Assembly (NCBI RefSeq): GCF_963921235.1
Contig: NC_086107.1
Location: 115,818,001 to 115,882,000 of the forward strand
Direction: 5' to 3'
Length of the DNA stretch: 64,000 bases
Source of the DNA: Mobula hypostoma
Lineage: Eukaryota
Below, in pieces: positions 11,645 to 24,367 of this stretch; positions within the stretch are counted from its first letter, which is position 1, and every line of letters starts with the position of its first letter. Both the position numbers and the translations under genes were made by a program. The notes beneath the pieces are model-generated. The model had not been told where the DNA came from. It saw nothing but the letters and a program-made list of their open reading frames with translations, and made no database searches.

Positions 11645-12385
11645 GGGGAAGCGGAGGGGTTCCGGCTGCATCACCCTCCGATGTGCTCGTCGGACCCCGG
11701 CCTCGGGAAACCACGCGGGAGAGGGTCCCGCGTGACGTGAGGGATGCGTTTCTTGTACGGGCCGCTCCTGCACACCTTCCACTTCCTCGCCTTGGCCGTC
11801 CGTGTTAGCAGTGGCAGCGGGGGAGGTCCCCAGTGGAAATGTCTCTCTGCGGAGGTCCTTCCCCTGTACGTCGGGGACCTGGGCTGGAAACCGTACAGCG
11901 GGTTCACTGACACCCCGTCCACCGGCCCATTCTGTGGGCGGGAGGAGTCAGTCTACCACGCGTGAACGGGACGTCAGAGGCGGCAGCCGCTTCTCGGGGG
12001 CTCGCTGCCGAGATTGTGGCTGCAGTTCAGTCCCGAACTCCTCACCTACGGGCACCCAGTACGAAAGGGGGAGGGTCGTGAGGAGGATCTCCCCGTGGGC
12101 TTGGTCCCGGGATGGCCATTCACGTGTCTAGGCGGCGGAAAGTGGACGGCGATGCCCGGGACGACTGTCTGCCCCTTTTCCGAGGAAACGTTCGTGCCCG
12201 GCTGTCCGGGAGACGCGGTCGCTAAGGGTACAGGGGAGGACGTCCGGGAGCGGCGGGCCCCCGGGGTATTGACTGTTTTTATAGACGGTAGTAACCATGT
12301 TTTAATCTGAGGTTGCTTACTGTTTTATAAATATTGAACGTCTGTACCTTGTGTATATGTTATTTAAATAAACTTTTATAATTTT
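11645..12385 (+). mobile_element. Degraded Tx1 (L1-clade) ORF2 C-terminus and 3' UTR
   Basis: FLYGPLLHTFHFLAL, PQWKCL..VLPLYVGDLGWK, PFCGREESVYH, WLQFSPELLTYGHPV resemble the Tx1 ORF2 Cys/His region; AATAAA near 12367. Confidence 0.65.
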
Positions 12386-12469
12386 GTCAAAGAAGGGGCA
12401 GTCGAGATCTCTGAGTAATTCGCTGCGTCGTGGTGAAGGTCAGTGTCTGGACTCTCTGCTCAGACGGAC

Positions 12470-13050
12470 AACCCTGGGGGTGCAAGACCACAAGAAGACA
12501 GGACGGTCGGGAAGGTGTGCAGCGCGTTTACTTTCGTCAGTTGGGACACTGAGTACAAGAGTCGGGAAGGTGTGTTGCAGCTTCATAAAATTCCGGAATG
12601 CCACATCCGGAGTAATTCATTCAGTTCTGGTTGCTCCGTTACGGGTGGGGGGGGGGGGCACATCTGGATTATTATGTACAGTTCTAGCTGCCCCATTACA
12701 GGACGGCTGTGGGGGCTTTGGAGAGGGTGCAGGGGAGGTTCACCAGGAAACTGAATGGATCAGAGGGTCTGAGCTAGAAGGAGAAGCTGGACAAACTTGG
12801 ATTATTTTCTCCGGAGCGGTGGAGGCTGGGGGAAGATCTGATAGAGGTTTGTAAGATTATGAGAGGCGCTGACAGCGTAGGCAGTCAGTATCTTTATCCC
12901 CAGAGTGGAAATGTTTATGCTTTTAAGGTGAGAGGGGGTAAAATGAAAAGAGATATACGGAGAAAGTTCCTCTTTACACGGTTGGTGGCCTGGTATGTGT
13001 TACCAGCGGTGGTGCGGGGCGCGTGGAAATGAGCCATAGACAGCGTAGAC
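12470..13050 (+). mobile_element. Degraded CR1 3' fragment
   Basis: CR1 ORF2 3' remnants (ggttcaccagg, gatctgatagaggtttgtaagattatgag). Confidence 0.7.
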
Positions 13051-13592
13051 ACGATAGACAGGGAGGGATCTGTGGATATGGAGTGCGGCGTAGGGGAAAG
13101 GGTTTTGGAGACTGGGAGGGGCATAGGGGAGAGGGCGATGGGGTGAGGTGTAGGGGAAGGATGGAGTTCACCGAGAGGAAGATGAATGTACGGGAGGGGA
13201 TCTCGAAGATGAAGAGGCGTGTACAGGAGGGGAAAGGTCACGGAGATGGGAGTGATGAAGAGTGATGGGATGAAGAAAATGGGGAGGGCAGAGAGTAATG
13301 AGGGTTCAGGTATGGGAGGTGGAGGGGTGACGGAGATGAATTGGGGTATAGGGAGGGAGGGGGTCTCGGAGATGAGAAGGAGTGTAGGAGAGGGATGGGA
13401 TCAGAATGGGGAGGGTTGTAGGGGAAGGAGAGTGTTAGAAATGGGGAAAGGTGTCAGGGAGGAAGGGATGACAGAGACAAATTGGGGCACAAGGGCAGGG
13501 TTCTCGAAGATAGGGTGGGGTGTAGGGGAGGGAATGGTGTAGGGAAGGGAGAGGGTGATGAAGACGCGTTCTCCCCAATCCCCACACCTCAC

Positions 13593-13716
13593 CGGTGGTC
13601 TCTCTAGAACGATATTAAAGTGCCTTCGTTGGTCGGCTGTTAACTTCCGAAGTGGGACCCGCGTTTCCCCAATGAAGTCGTTGTGACCAAGCAGGTCGGC
13701 ATCGCAAACAGAAACC
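13593..13716 (-). CDS. DOC2A: DOC2A-like coding exon 5 (C2A end)
   Basis: VSVCDADLLGHNDFIGETRVPLRKL...HFNIVLERPP; acidic Ca2+ ligand positions present; phase 2-0. Confidence 0.93.
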
Positions 13717-13746
13717 CTGCGGGGACAACGGGAGACCTGGGTTTCA

Positions 13747-14326
<580 letters not shown>

Positions 14327-14389
14327 TCAGTTCTCAAAGCGTTGTGCACATTGGCGCGTATGTGTAGCTGGTCTGACTGGGCCACAACA

Positions 14390-15180
14390 ACCAACTCTCG
14401 CTCAAGGGCAGCAGACCAAAGAGTTGGCTTTGGACTTCAGACGGAGGAAGCCAGAGGTGCGTGAGCCAGTCCTCATCGGAGAGGGTCAGCAACTTCAGAT
14501 TCCTCGGTGTTATCATTTGAGAGAACCCGTCCCGGGACCCACACGTAAGCGCAATTACGGAGAAAGCGCGGCAGCGACGATCCGGCATGAAATCTAAAAC
14601 TCTGGCAAACTTCTATAGATGTGTGGTGGAGAGTATATTGACTGGTTGCATCGCGGCCTGGCATGGAAACACCAACGCCTTTGAACGGAAAATCCTGCAG
14701 AAGATAGCGGATATGGGTAAAGCCCTCCCCAGCACTGAGCGCATCTTCACGGAGAGCTGTCGCAGGAAAGCAGCGACCATCATCAGGGACCCCCACCACC
14801 CAGGACATTTTTTAATTCTCGCTGCTGCCAAGGAGGAGGCGCAAGAAGCTGAGGACTCACACCATCAGGTTCAGGAAGAGTTATTACCTCTCAACCATGG
14901 ATAACGTCACTCACCTCCACTGAACTGCTCCCACAACCTATCAACTCACTTTCAATGACTCTTCATCTCATGTTCTTGATAGTTATTTCTTCTTTTTCTT
15001 TTGTATTCGCACAGTTTTGTCGTCTTTTTCCCGTTAGTTGTTTGTCCAGTGTAGTCATTCATTGGTTCTATTGTGTTTCTGAAGCTTGCTGTGTACAGCA
15101 GCGAGGATGTGAATCTCGGAGTTGTGCTACATGGTGACGTGGGGTATTTTGATAATAAACTTACTCTGAGTTTTGAATTT
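14390..15180 (+). mobile_element. Rex1-like LINE 3' fragment
   Basis: TKELALDFRR, LANFYRCVVESILTGCIAAWHGN, IIRDPHHPGH; tail ttgataataaa. Confidence 0.85.
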
Positions 15181-15219
15181 TTAGAGTGTGTACAGGGACT
15201 GGCTCTGATGTGTCTCCGT

Positions 15220-15300
15220 GTCACTGATGAAGGGTCTCGACCTGAAATGTTGACTGTTTTCCCCTCCACAGGTGCTGCCTGACCTGCTGTGTTCCCCAGG
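15220..15300 (+). ncRNA. Penelope terminal-repeat remnant with hammerhead-like core
   Basis: CUGAUGA AGGGUCUCGACCU GAAAUGUU GACUG followed by the tgctgcctgacctgctg arm. Confidence 0.55.
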
Positions 15301-15302
15301 AA

Positions 15303-15303
<1 letters not shown>

Positions 15304-15373
<70 letters not shown>

Positions 15374-15404
15374 TGTGTCTGTGTCTGTGTGTGTGTCTGT
15401 GTCT

Positions 15405-15445
<41 letters not shown>

Positions 15446-15508
15446 TGTGTGTGTCTGTGTGTGTGTGTGTGTGTGTCTGTGTGTGTCTGTGTGTGTGTGT
15501 GTGTGTGT

Positions 15509-15561
<53 letters not shown>

Positions 15562-15576
15562 TGTGTGTGTGTGTGT
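15304..15576. repeat. (GT)n microsatellite with GTCT interruptions
   Basis: Directly visible. Confidence 0.99.
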
Positions 15577-15589
15577 TGGGTTAAGATGT

Positions 15590-16090
15590 GTTTTCAGTTC
15601 CACGGCCATCGATGCCTCAAAGTTGCCGCACAAGTCGAGCAGGGAGGTTCAGGCAGCCTACGGTGTGTTGGCCTTCATTGGTCAGGGGGTCTATAAAACC
15701 CACTTGAAATATTGTGTTCAGTTCTAGTCACCTCGTTATAGGGTGGATGTGGAAACTTTAGAGAGGGTGCTGAGGAGATTTACCAGGATGCTACCTGGAT
15801 TAGAAAGCATGTCTTATGAAGATAGGTAGAGTGAGTTACGGTTTTTGTGCTTAGAGCGACGGAGGATGAGAGGTGACCTGATAGAGGGGTACAAGATGAT
15901 GAGAGGCGTTGACAGAGTGGACAACCAGTGTACGGAAAATGGCCAATGCCAACAATTTAAAGGTGATTGGAGGAAAGTATGGGGGGGGGGAAGGTATGTT
16001 TCTTACACAGAGAGTGGTGGGCGTGTAGAGCAGCCTGCGGGGGTGGTGGTAGAGACAGATACATTAGGGCCATTTAAAACACTCAGACAC
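15590..16090 (+). mobile_element. CR1 3' fragment
   Basis: HLKYCVQF, LERRRMRGDLIEGYKMMRGVDRV. Confidence 0.85.
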
Positions 16091-16242
16091 ATTCATAGAT
16101 GAAGGAAGAAGGGAAAGGTTATATGAGAGCAGAGGGTTGATCTTGGAGTAGGTTTATCTCGGCCGGCGCTTGAAGGTGGTCTGAAGCGCCCGTGTTTAGG
16201 TGCTTTTGTGAAGCGACTCCTTCCCCTCTCACAGGCCATTAC

Positions 16243-16322
16243 CTTCGCTCTGTGGATTGAACACTGGAGAGCCTGCTCCTCCGATCGGTACAACAGGTCA
16301 AATTCCAGAGTGCCCAGGCTCA
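16243..16322 (-). CDS. DOC2A: DOC2A-like coding exon 2 (C2A start)
   Basis: SLGTLEFDLLYRSEEQALQCSIHRAK; 80 nt, phase 1-0. Confidence 0.92.
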
Positions 16323-16349
16323 CTGCAATAACAAGACAGCAGCATCAGT

Positions 16350-16745
16350 GGGGGCAAGGGAGGGCGAGGAGTGGGGAGGGCGAGGAGTGGGGAGGGGGAG
16401 GAGTGGGGAGGGCGAGGAGTGGGGACGGCGAGGAGTGGGGAGGGCGAGGAGTGGGGAGGGGGAGGAGTGGGGACGGCGAGGAGTGGGGAGGGCGAGGAGT
16501 GGGGACGGCGAGGAGTGGAGAGGGCGAGGAGTGGGGAGGAGTGGAGAGGGGAGGAGTGGGGAGGGCGAGGAGTGGGGAGGGCGAGGAATGGGGAGGAGAG
16601 GAGTGGAGAGGGGAGGAGTGGGGAGGGCGAGGAGTGGGGAGGGCGAGGAGTGGGGAGGGCGAGGAATGGGGAGGGCGAGGAGTGGGGAGGGCGAGGAATG
16701 GGGAGGAGAGGAGTGGAGAGGGGAGGAGTGGGGAGGGAGAGGAGT
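16350..16745. repeat. 16-bp minisatellite (ggggagggcgaggagt)n abutting the DOC2 exon 2 acceptor
   Basis: Tandem units visible. Confidence 0.92.
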
Positions 16746-17881
16746 GAGGGCAAGGGAGGGGAGGAGGGAGCTGTGGGGTAGGGAGAGGCGTGGGCACAAG
16801 GTAATGGGAGGGAATGATGTGCGGGCAAGGGAATGAGGGAAGGGAGAGGTGTGGGGAGGGAGGGAGAGTTGTGGGGGCAAGGGAGTTGGGGAGGGAGAGG
16901 GAGGCGGCAATGGGGTGGGACGTCAGGGAGCGGGGGGAAGGGGAGGGAGGCGGGAAAGAGAGAGTGAGATGGAGGGGGGAGAGGGAGAGAAGAGGTGGGG
17001 AGGGCGGGAGATGGAGGTGAAGGGATGTTTGGAGTGGTGAGGGTGTGTATGGGTAGTGAGGGGGATAGACGGGGAGGTGAGGGGCCTGTGTGGGTGAGAG
17101 TGTTGGGGAGAGAGGGACTCCAAAACTATGGGGCACAAGCTTTGGGTGAGAGGAAAGAGATTTAAATGGGACCCAAGGGGGCAATATTTCTCAGCCAGAG
17201 GGTGTAAGTACGGTATCGGGAATGGGTTGTCAGAGGAAGTGGTTGAGCAGGGACAATAGAATCATTTAGGAAGCACTGGGGGTGTTTGGCAGACACGGAC
17301 CAACAGCAGGGAACAGGGTTTCAGCTGGGTGGACACCGTGGCCATAAGGGATTTTCTCTTTGGAGCGAAGGACTTGACGGGGCATAGAAAATGGTAAGGG
17401 ACATTGACCGAGATGGACGGCCAACACCTTTTCGTCCCCAGGGACAACCATTTTCAGGTGATTGAAGAAAAGTACGGGGGCTTGTCGAGGTGTTTTCTTT
17501 TACACAGAGACTGGTGGGTGGGTGTGTGGATCACCCCGCCAGGGGCGAATGTAGAATCAGATACAATAGCGACACTTTATCACGCAGAGAGTGGCGAGTG
17601 TAGGAACCCCTCACCCCCATGGTCTCCAAGTAGGGACCCTCCTGGACATCCTCATCCTTCAGTAGGCTCCCCCGCCCCAGGTGTTAAGAGATGACGGTTA
17701 CGGATAACTGGGGTGGGGTGGGGGAGGAATGGAACAGCAAGGTGAGGCGACGGGATGGGCGGGGCGGGGCGGGAGGGAAGGAGGAATGGAGGGATTTAGG
17801 GATGGAGAGATTGACGAACTGAGATGATGGATGGCGGAACAGGGCAAAGTGATGGATGCCGGAGATGAGGGAACCACTCAC

Positions 17882-18143
17882 TTGAATCATCCGAGTCATT
17901 GGCATCGAGTTCCGGAGACTCCAGGTGCGGCTGTGGTCCGGCTCCAACCTCGGCCTCGGCTGCCGCCGCCAATCCGGGTCTGGGCCCTTCCGCTGGTCCC
18001 GCTGATCCGGCTCCGGGTCCGCGTGCGGCCAGCGGTCGCGGGAAGCGATGCGAGATGTGAGGAATGGGCCGGATGGGTCCCGGGTTCACGTCGATCGCCA
18101 TGTGTTCGTGTATGGAGGGAGCGGATTTCTCCCTCCCAGCCAT
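17882..18143 (-). CDS. DOC2A: DOC2A-like first coding exon (Munc13-interacting domain); exon acceptor at 18170
   Basis: IHEHMAIDVNPGPIRPIPHISHRFPR resembles DOC2 MID [26 protein letters not shown]; ends DANDSDDS, donor gtgagt, phase 1. Confidence 0.88.
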
Positions 18144-18959
18144 GGAGCCGGAGAGGGGGAGAGTGCTGATCTGGAACGGAGACGGAGTAGCAGAGAGAGC
18201 GAGAGTGGGAATGGGAAAGGAGGGAGACCAGAAGTGGATTGGAACAACGTGGAGAGATTGGCGTGAGAGTCGAGCCCGATGGAGAGCAGCGGAGCGGGAG
18301 GGGAGCCTAATTCGCAGGGGAGCAAACCCGAAGCGGACCAGAGGCGGACTGCAGTAGAACCAGGGCTGTAAGACCGGAGCAGATCAGGATCAAAGTGGGA
18401 TTGGATCGGAGTCAAATGAGCAAATCCGGATTAACAGTAGAATGGAACCTGAACCGAACCTGAAGTGGGATAAACCAGATCGATAGCAGATAGACCAGAA
18501 TGAAATCTGGAGCAGGATCTACAAAGGCAAAACCGAGGCTCTTCCTGAGGTCCCAGTCTCCGACAATCCCCGTGTCCGGAGATCTCTGTGTCCGGGGACT
18601 CTTGTGTCGACGCTCACTCTGTCCGGAGGTCCCTTTGGCCGAAGGTCCCCGAGTCCGGAGTGCCTGTGTCCACAGCCCCGTTCCCGCACTCTGCTAGTAT
18701 TGCGGGGAGTGGGAGCGGTGCCGAGCGGAGGAACAGCTGTGAGAATGAGTGGGAGAGGGAGATGTGCACACTGACAGCTCCTCGCACACACCAGCTGGTC
18801 CTGGGGCGGAGGAGGCAGCGGATCCGGCTCCTGACGGCAGACGGCTGGATCTGTGTGTGGGGGGTGGGTGGGTGGGTGGGTGGGGGTGGGGCTGCTACTG
18901 TATCCATGTATACAACTCCAGAGAGAGACAAAACAACACCCACCTCCGTGTCTCTTCAC

Positions 18960-19655
18960 ACATACCTATCCCCTCTTTCCCCTACTCCAGCCATTCTCTC
19001 TCCCACCCCCTACCCTATCCCCTCTTACTCCCCTTCTCCCATCTCCCCTCCCTTGTAACCTTCCTATCCCCATTCCCCTCTTCCCAATCCTTCCTATCAC
19101 TCTCTCCCCTCCCCGCTTCACTCCCCCTTCACTTCACTCTCCCTTCCCTCCTCTCTCCCCTACTCTCCCCTTTCCCCATCTCCCCCTCCCCTCCCACTTC
19201 TCTCTCCCCTTCCCCTTTTCCTGTTATCTTCCTCTCTCCTCCCCTCCCTTTCTCTCCTCTCTCCTTCTCCCCACCTCATTCCCCTTCCCCCTCCACTCCA
19301 TCCAATCCCCTTTCTTCCCCTCCCCTCTTCTTCACTCCTGTCAAACCTTTCTCTCTCCTCTCCCACTTTCTTTCTCCTCCTCCCCTCTTTCTCTCCCTCC
19401 CCTTTTTCCCTCCTATCCCACCTTTCTCTCCCCTCACCTTTCTTCCTCCCTCTCTCCTTTCTTCCCCCTTTCTCCTTCTCCCCCTCCCTTTCTCTACACC
19501 TCTTCCATTTCTTCCCCTTCCCCTTTCCCTTCTGAACCTCCCTTCACTCCCCCTCCACATCCCCACACCCCTCTATCTCCCACTTTCCACCTTTCTTTCC
19601 TATTCTTCCCCCTTTCCCCCTTGCCCCTACCCTCTCTAACTTCTTTCCCCCCTTC
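18960..19655. repeat. C/T-rich low-complexity tract (mirrored by a G/A tract at 19845-20160)
   Basis: Base composition. Confidence 0.9.
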
Positions 19656-19660
19656 CTCAC

Positions 19661-19841
19661 GTCCGCAGATGTCAGTGTCTCCCCGGCGACAGCACACCGA
19701 CGCAGTCATTGACACCCGGGCCAGAGACTCAGCGACAGACCCTCGACGGACCCTGCCTTCTCCACGGGGAGCAGAGAGAGGGCGAGAGAGGTCTCACAGC
19801 CACAGACCCGCTTCAGACCTTATTCATCACCGAGGGACGAC
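19661..19841 (-). other. Candidate non-coding 5' UTR exon of DOC2A
   Basis: ctcccag acceptor after a long pyrimidine tract, gtgagg donor, CpG-containing unique sequence between low-complexity tracts; stops in all three frames. Confidence 0.45.
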
Positions 19842-20414
19842 CTGGGAGAGGGTGGGGGTGGAGGAACTAAGAGAGAGGGGGAAGGGGACAGAGAGGTGAG
19901 GGATTGGGGTGGAGAAATGAGTGAGCAAGAGAGGGAGGGAGAGAGGGTTGAGTGAGAGAGTGGAGGGAGAGGTAGGTGACAGAGAGGGGGAGGGGAGAGA
20001 GAGGAGAGGGATATGGGAGAGATGGAATGGGAAAGGAGGATTGGGGATGGAGGGGGAGAGATGGAACAGGAGAGGATGGTTGGGGCAGGGAGAGGGAGAG
20101 GAAGTTTGGTGGAGGGAGAGAGAGAGAGATGGGAGAGGAGTGTTGGGGAGGGGTGTTTTTAGGACAGGTGGATAGTCAGAGAGGGGAACAGTGAGAGTGT
20201 CAGGAGCTAGACGCGGAGCATAACTACCGTTCCATCACCCACCCTGGGTCATTGTCGCTGGTCCAGTTGGTGTCACAGTCACCAGGATCACATTCGTCTT
20301 CTGTACAGACAGGTGCACCCACTCACCACTCACCACACAGACACACACACTCATACAGACACAATCACACACACGTACTCCCTCTCTCTCACACACACAG
20401 AAAAATCCACAAAG

Positions 20415-21412
20415 ACATACACTGTACAATGACTACACCGATACAGACACTGATACACTCTACAATCTATACACTGATACACTGTAAAATGTATAGAGTA
20501 ATACAGACACTGATAGACTGCACAATGTGTACACCGATACAGACACTGATACCCTGTACGATGTGTACACTGATACAGACACTGATACCCTGTACGATGT
20601 GTACACTGATACAGACACTGATACCCTGTACGATGTGTACACTGATACAGACACTGATACCCTGTACGATGTGTACACTGACACAGACACTGATACCCTG
20701 TACGATGTGTACACTGATACAGACACTGATACCCTGTAGGATGTGTACACTGATACAGACACTGATACCCTGTACGATGTGTACACTGATACAGACACTG
20801 ATACCCTGTACGATGTGTACACTGATACAGACACTGATACCCTGTACGATGTGTACACTGATACAGACACTGATACCCTGTACGATGTGTACACTGATAC
20901 AGTCACTGATAACCTGTACGATGTGTACACTGATACAGACACTGATAACCTGTACGATGTGTACACTGATACAGACACTGATAACCTGTACGATGTGTAC
21001 ACTGATACAGGCACTGATAACCTGTACGATGTGTACACTGATACAGACACTGATACCCTGTACGATGTGTACACTGATACAGGCACTGATAACCTGTACG
21101 ATGTGTACACTGATACAGACACTGATACCCTGTACGATGTGTACACTGATACAGGCACTGATACCCTGTACGATGTGTACACTGATACAGGCACTGATAA
21201 CCTGTACGATGTGTACACTGATACAGACACTGATACCCTGTACGATGTGTACACTGATACAGACACTGATACCCTGTACGATGTGTACACTGATACAGAC
21301 ACTGATACCCTGTACGATGTGTACACTGATACAGACACTGATACCCTGTACGATGTGTACACTGATACAGACACTGATACCCTGTACGATGTGTACACTG
21401 ATACAGACACTG
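20415..21412. repeat. 36-bp minisatellite (acactgatacagacactgataccctgtacgatgtgt)n
   Basis: About 25 near-identical units, period 36. Confidence 0.98.
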
Positions 21413-21419
21413 CCTCACA

Positions 21420-23010
21420 CACATAGAGTGAGAGAACAGTACAGCACAGAAAGAAGCCCTTGCCCATCTAATCCATGTCGAACCATTAAACTGCCACTGA
21501 CCTCCACCAGGACCACAGCTCTCTATATCCCTACCATCCATTTACCTATCCAAATTTCTCTTAAACGGTGAAATCAAGCTCACGTGTACTCCCTACACTG
21601 GCAGCTCATTCCACACTCTCACCACCCTCTGAGTGAGGTTTCCCCTCATATTCCCGTTAAACATTTCACCTTTCATCCTTAACCTATGACCTCTTGTTGT
21701 AGTCCCACTCAACCTTAGTGGAAAAAGCCTGTTTGCATTTGCCCTGTCTATATCTCTCATAATTGTGTATACCCTTATCAAATCACTTTCAGTCTTTTAT
21801 GTTGTGAAGAATAGAGTTTGAACATATTCAATCTTTCCTTATATCTCAGGTCATCCAGACCCAGCAATATCCTTGTAATTCTTTCTGTACTCATTCAATC
21901 TTATTTACATCTTTACTGTAGGTAGGTGACCAAAACTGCACGAATACTCCAATTAGGCATCACCAATGTCTTATACAAATTCAACATAACATCCCATCTC
22001 CTGTACTCAGTACTTTGGTTTATGAATGTCAATGTGCCAAAACCTTTCTTTATGACCCTATCTACTGGTGACACCACTTTCAATAAATTATGGAACTGTA
22101 TCCCCAAATCCCTTTGTTCTACCGCACTCCTCAGTGCCCTGCTGTTCACTGTGTAAGACCTACTCTGGTTGACCCTCCCAAAGTGCAACACCCCGCACTT
22201 ATCAGCATTAATTTTCATCTGCGAATTTCCAGTCCATTTTTCCAGCTGGTCCAGATCCTGCTGCAAGCTCTGGGAGTCAAACTGCACTCCCAGTCTTGGT
22301 GCATCATCTGCAAATTTGCTGATCCAGTTTACCACATTACCATCCAGATCATTGATATAGGTGACAGATAACAGAGGACCCAGCACTGATCCTTGCGACA
22401 CAATACTACCACTCCCTGGCTTCTCTCGCAAAGCTAATGTCTAATCCAATTCCCTACCTCATCTTGAATGCTGAGCAACTGAACCTTCTTAACCAATCTT
22501 CCACACAGGACCTTGTCAAATGCCTTCCTAAAGTCCACATAGGCAACAACCGTTGCCTTGCCTTCATCAACTTTCCTGGAACATCCTCGAAATATTCTAT
22601 AGGATTGGTTAGACAAGACCTACCACACACGAAGCCATGCCAACTATCCCCAATCTGTCCCAGTCTATCTAAATCCATTCCCTTAGAACACCTTCCAATA
22701 ACTTTCCCAGTGCTGATGTCAGGCTCACCGGCCTATAATCTCCTGGTTTATTCTTAGAGCCTTAAATAGTGGAACCACATTGTCCATCCTCCAATCCTCT
22801 GGTACCTCACCTGTCGCTAAGGTTGGTTTATATATCTCTGCTAGAGCCCTGGCAACTTCTGCACTTGTGTCCCTCAGGGTCCAAGGAAACGCCCTGTCAA
22901 ACCCTGGGGATTTGTCCACCCTGATTTGCCTCAGGATAGCAAACACCTCCTCCTCTGTGGTCCGTGAACTTGCTGCCACTTTGCCTTATGCCTATAGACT
23001 CTGTGCCCAT
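21420..23010 (-). mobile_element. CR1 RT and 3' fragment, frameshifted
   Basis: VDKSPG, HGFVCGRSCLTN, DFRKAFD, QGSVLGP, FADD motifs. Confidence 0.92.
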
Positions 23011-23065
23011 CTCCTGAGTAAATACAGATGGAAAAAAATGTATCTCTTTTTTTTTCCGCACTTAC

Positions 23066-23595
23066 CATTCTGATCGTCCAGAGAAGCAGTTTTGTATCGG
23101 GAGTTCTCAGAAAGCTGTGTGATGGTGTACAGTAATGAGTTTCCATCATCTCAGAATATCCCCACTCTGCCCCCTCTACTACATCCTGTTCTGAGCCGTG
23201 GAAAGGGGCCTGTGGATCCCACAATGGCCTCTTTAGTCACGTCAGAACTCCGAGGGCAAGTTCCCCTCGATCCCAGGAACAGGCAGGAGCTGAGGAAGGC
23301 AGTGATTCCAGATCCCTCAATCCGCAGGGACAGACCAGGAAGAGAGGGATTAAGGAAGCTTTTGTTGCCTCTGCAGCATTTAATTCATGGCCTCCTGGTT
23401 GTTAGTCAGTCTGGGGCACTTGTCTGCCAAGGCCAGCACTTCCTTGATGGCCTCTGGAATAGGGTGGGGGGAAAGGTGAATCAACCCCTTGAACCCCAGC
23501 CCGCCTCCTGGAGGAGGTGCTCCTACGGCATTGGTGGGGAAGAAGTCCTGGGATTTAGACTCAGCGATGGTGAGTTTGATTTCCAGGTGAGCAAC
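23066..23595 (-). other. Orphan candidate exon between the two genes (71-codon phase-0 ORF, stop at 23380)
   Basis: ctacag acceptor at 23596-23597; perfect donor G|gtaagt at 23064-23065; non-repetitive sequence. Confidence 0.35.
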
Positions 23596-24000
23596 CTGTA
23601 GATGGGAGACAGGTATTGAGCTGGATGTTTTGTTCACGGATTAATCCCAGCCCAGGGATGGGGAGTGTCCCGTCACACCCCTGACCTGTAGATGGGAGAC
23701 AGGTATTGAGCTGGATGTTTTGTTCACGGATTAATCCCAGCCCAGGGATGGGGAGTGTCCCGTCACACCCCTGACCTGTAGATGGGAGACAGGTATTGAG
23801 CTGGATGTTTTGTTCACGGATTAATCCCAGCCCAGGGATGGGGAGTGTCCCGTCACACCCCTGACCTGTAGATGGGAGACAGGTATTGAGTTGGATGTTG
23901 TGTGCACAGACTAATCCCACCCCGGGGAGCCGCGAGTGTCCTGTCACACCCTGACCAGATGGGAGATAGGTAATGTGGCGGATACAGTGTGCACAGACTA
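23594..24000. repeat. 90-bp tandem repeat (3 near-perfect and about 1.5 degenerate copies)
   Basis: Period 90; a related ~73-bp unit lies in inverted orientation at 28850-29105. Confidence 0.92.
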
Positions 24001-24065
24001 ACCCCATTTGGTTCAGGAGGAAAGAGAGAGACAGAGAGCCAAGAGTTAGTACAAATCATGATTCG

Positions 24066-24071
24066 TTTAAT
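24066..24071 (-). promoter_or_regulatory. Candidate SEZ6L2 polyadenylation signal ATTAAA
   Basis: ATTAAA in an AT-richer patch, followed ~20-50 nt downstream by a U/GU-rich tract; implies a ~2.8-kb 3' UTR. Confidence 0.5.
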
Positions 24072-24367
24072 ATTTCACAGTTTGTTGGAAAAAGCTGGTG
24101 GTTCCACGTGGATGAAAATAGTCACAGTTCATACATTACGTCATGGCAAACAATTTCTGAAACCCTCCCTTGAGCTTACAAGGAGGGAGACAGGCTCGTC
24201 CCTGGGGTCTTCCCATTCCCCGCAGAGATTGGGGAATGGCGATTGGTGGTGAGGGTACTAGAATATTTGGGAGCGAAGGGATAGGGCCCCATGACAGAGC
24301 AGCCTGAGGAGTGGGGCCTATGGTGCAGGAGGCCAAAGCATGGGTCTCACAGGGAAGGAGTGAAGGA

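Noticed and set aside
15181..15727. (CV)n and (HT)n ORFs
   Set aside because: Dinucleotide microsatellite.
18618..18850. Possible alternative first or 5' UTR exon of DOC2A in CpG-rich sequence
   Set aside because: Splice-like sites exist (cacag, gtgagc) but the evidence is too weak to call; it may simply be promoter.
20252..21571. Cys-rich (CTMCTLIQTLIP)n and (YTDTDTDTLYDV)n ORFs
   Set aside because: Translations of a 36-bp tandem repeat; no splice or start context supports coding.
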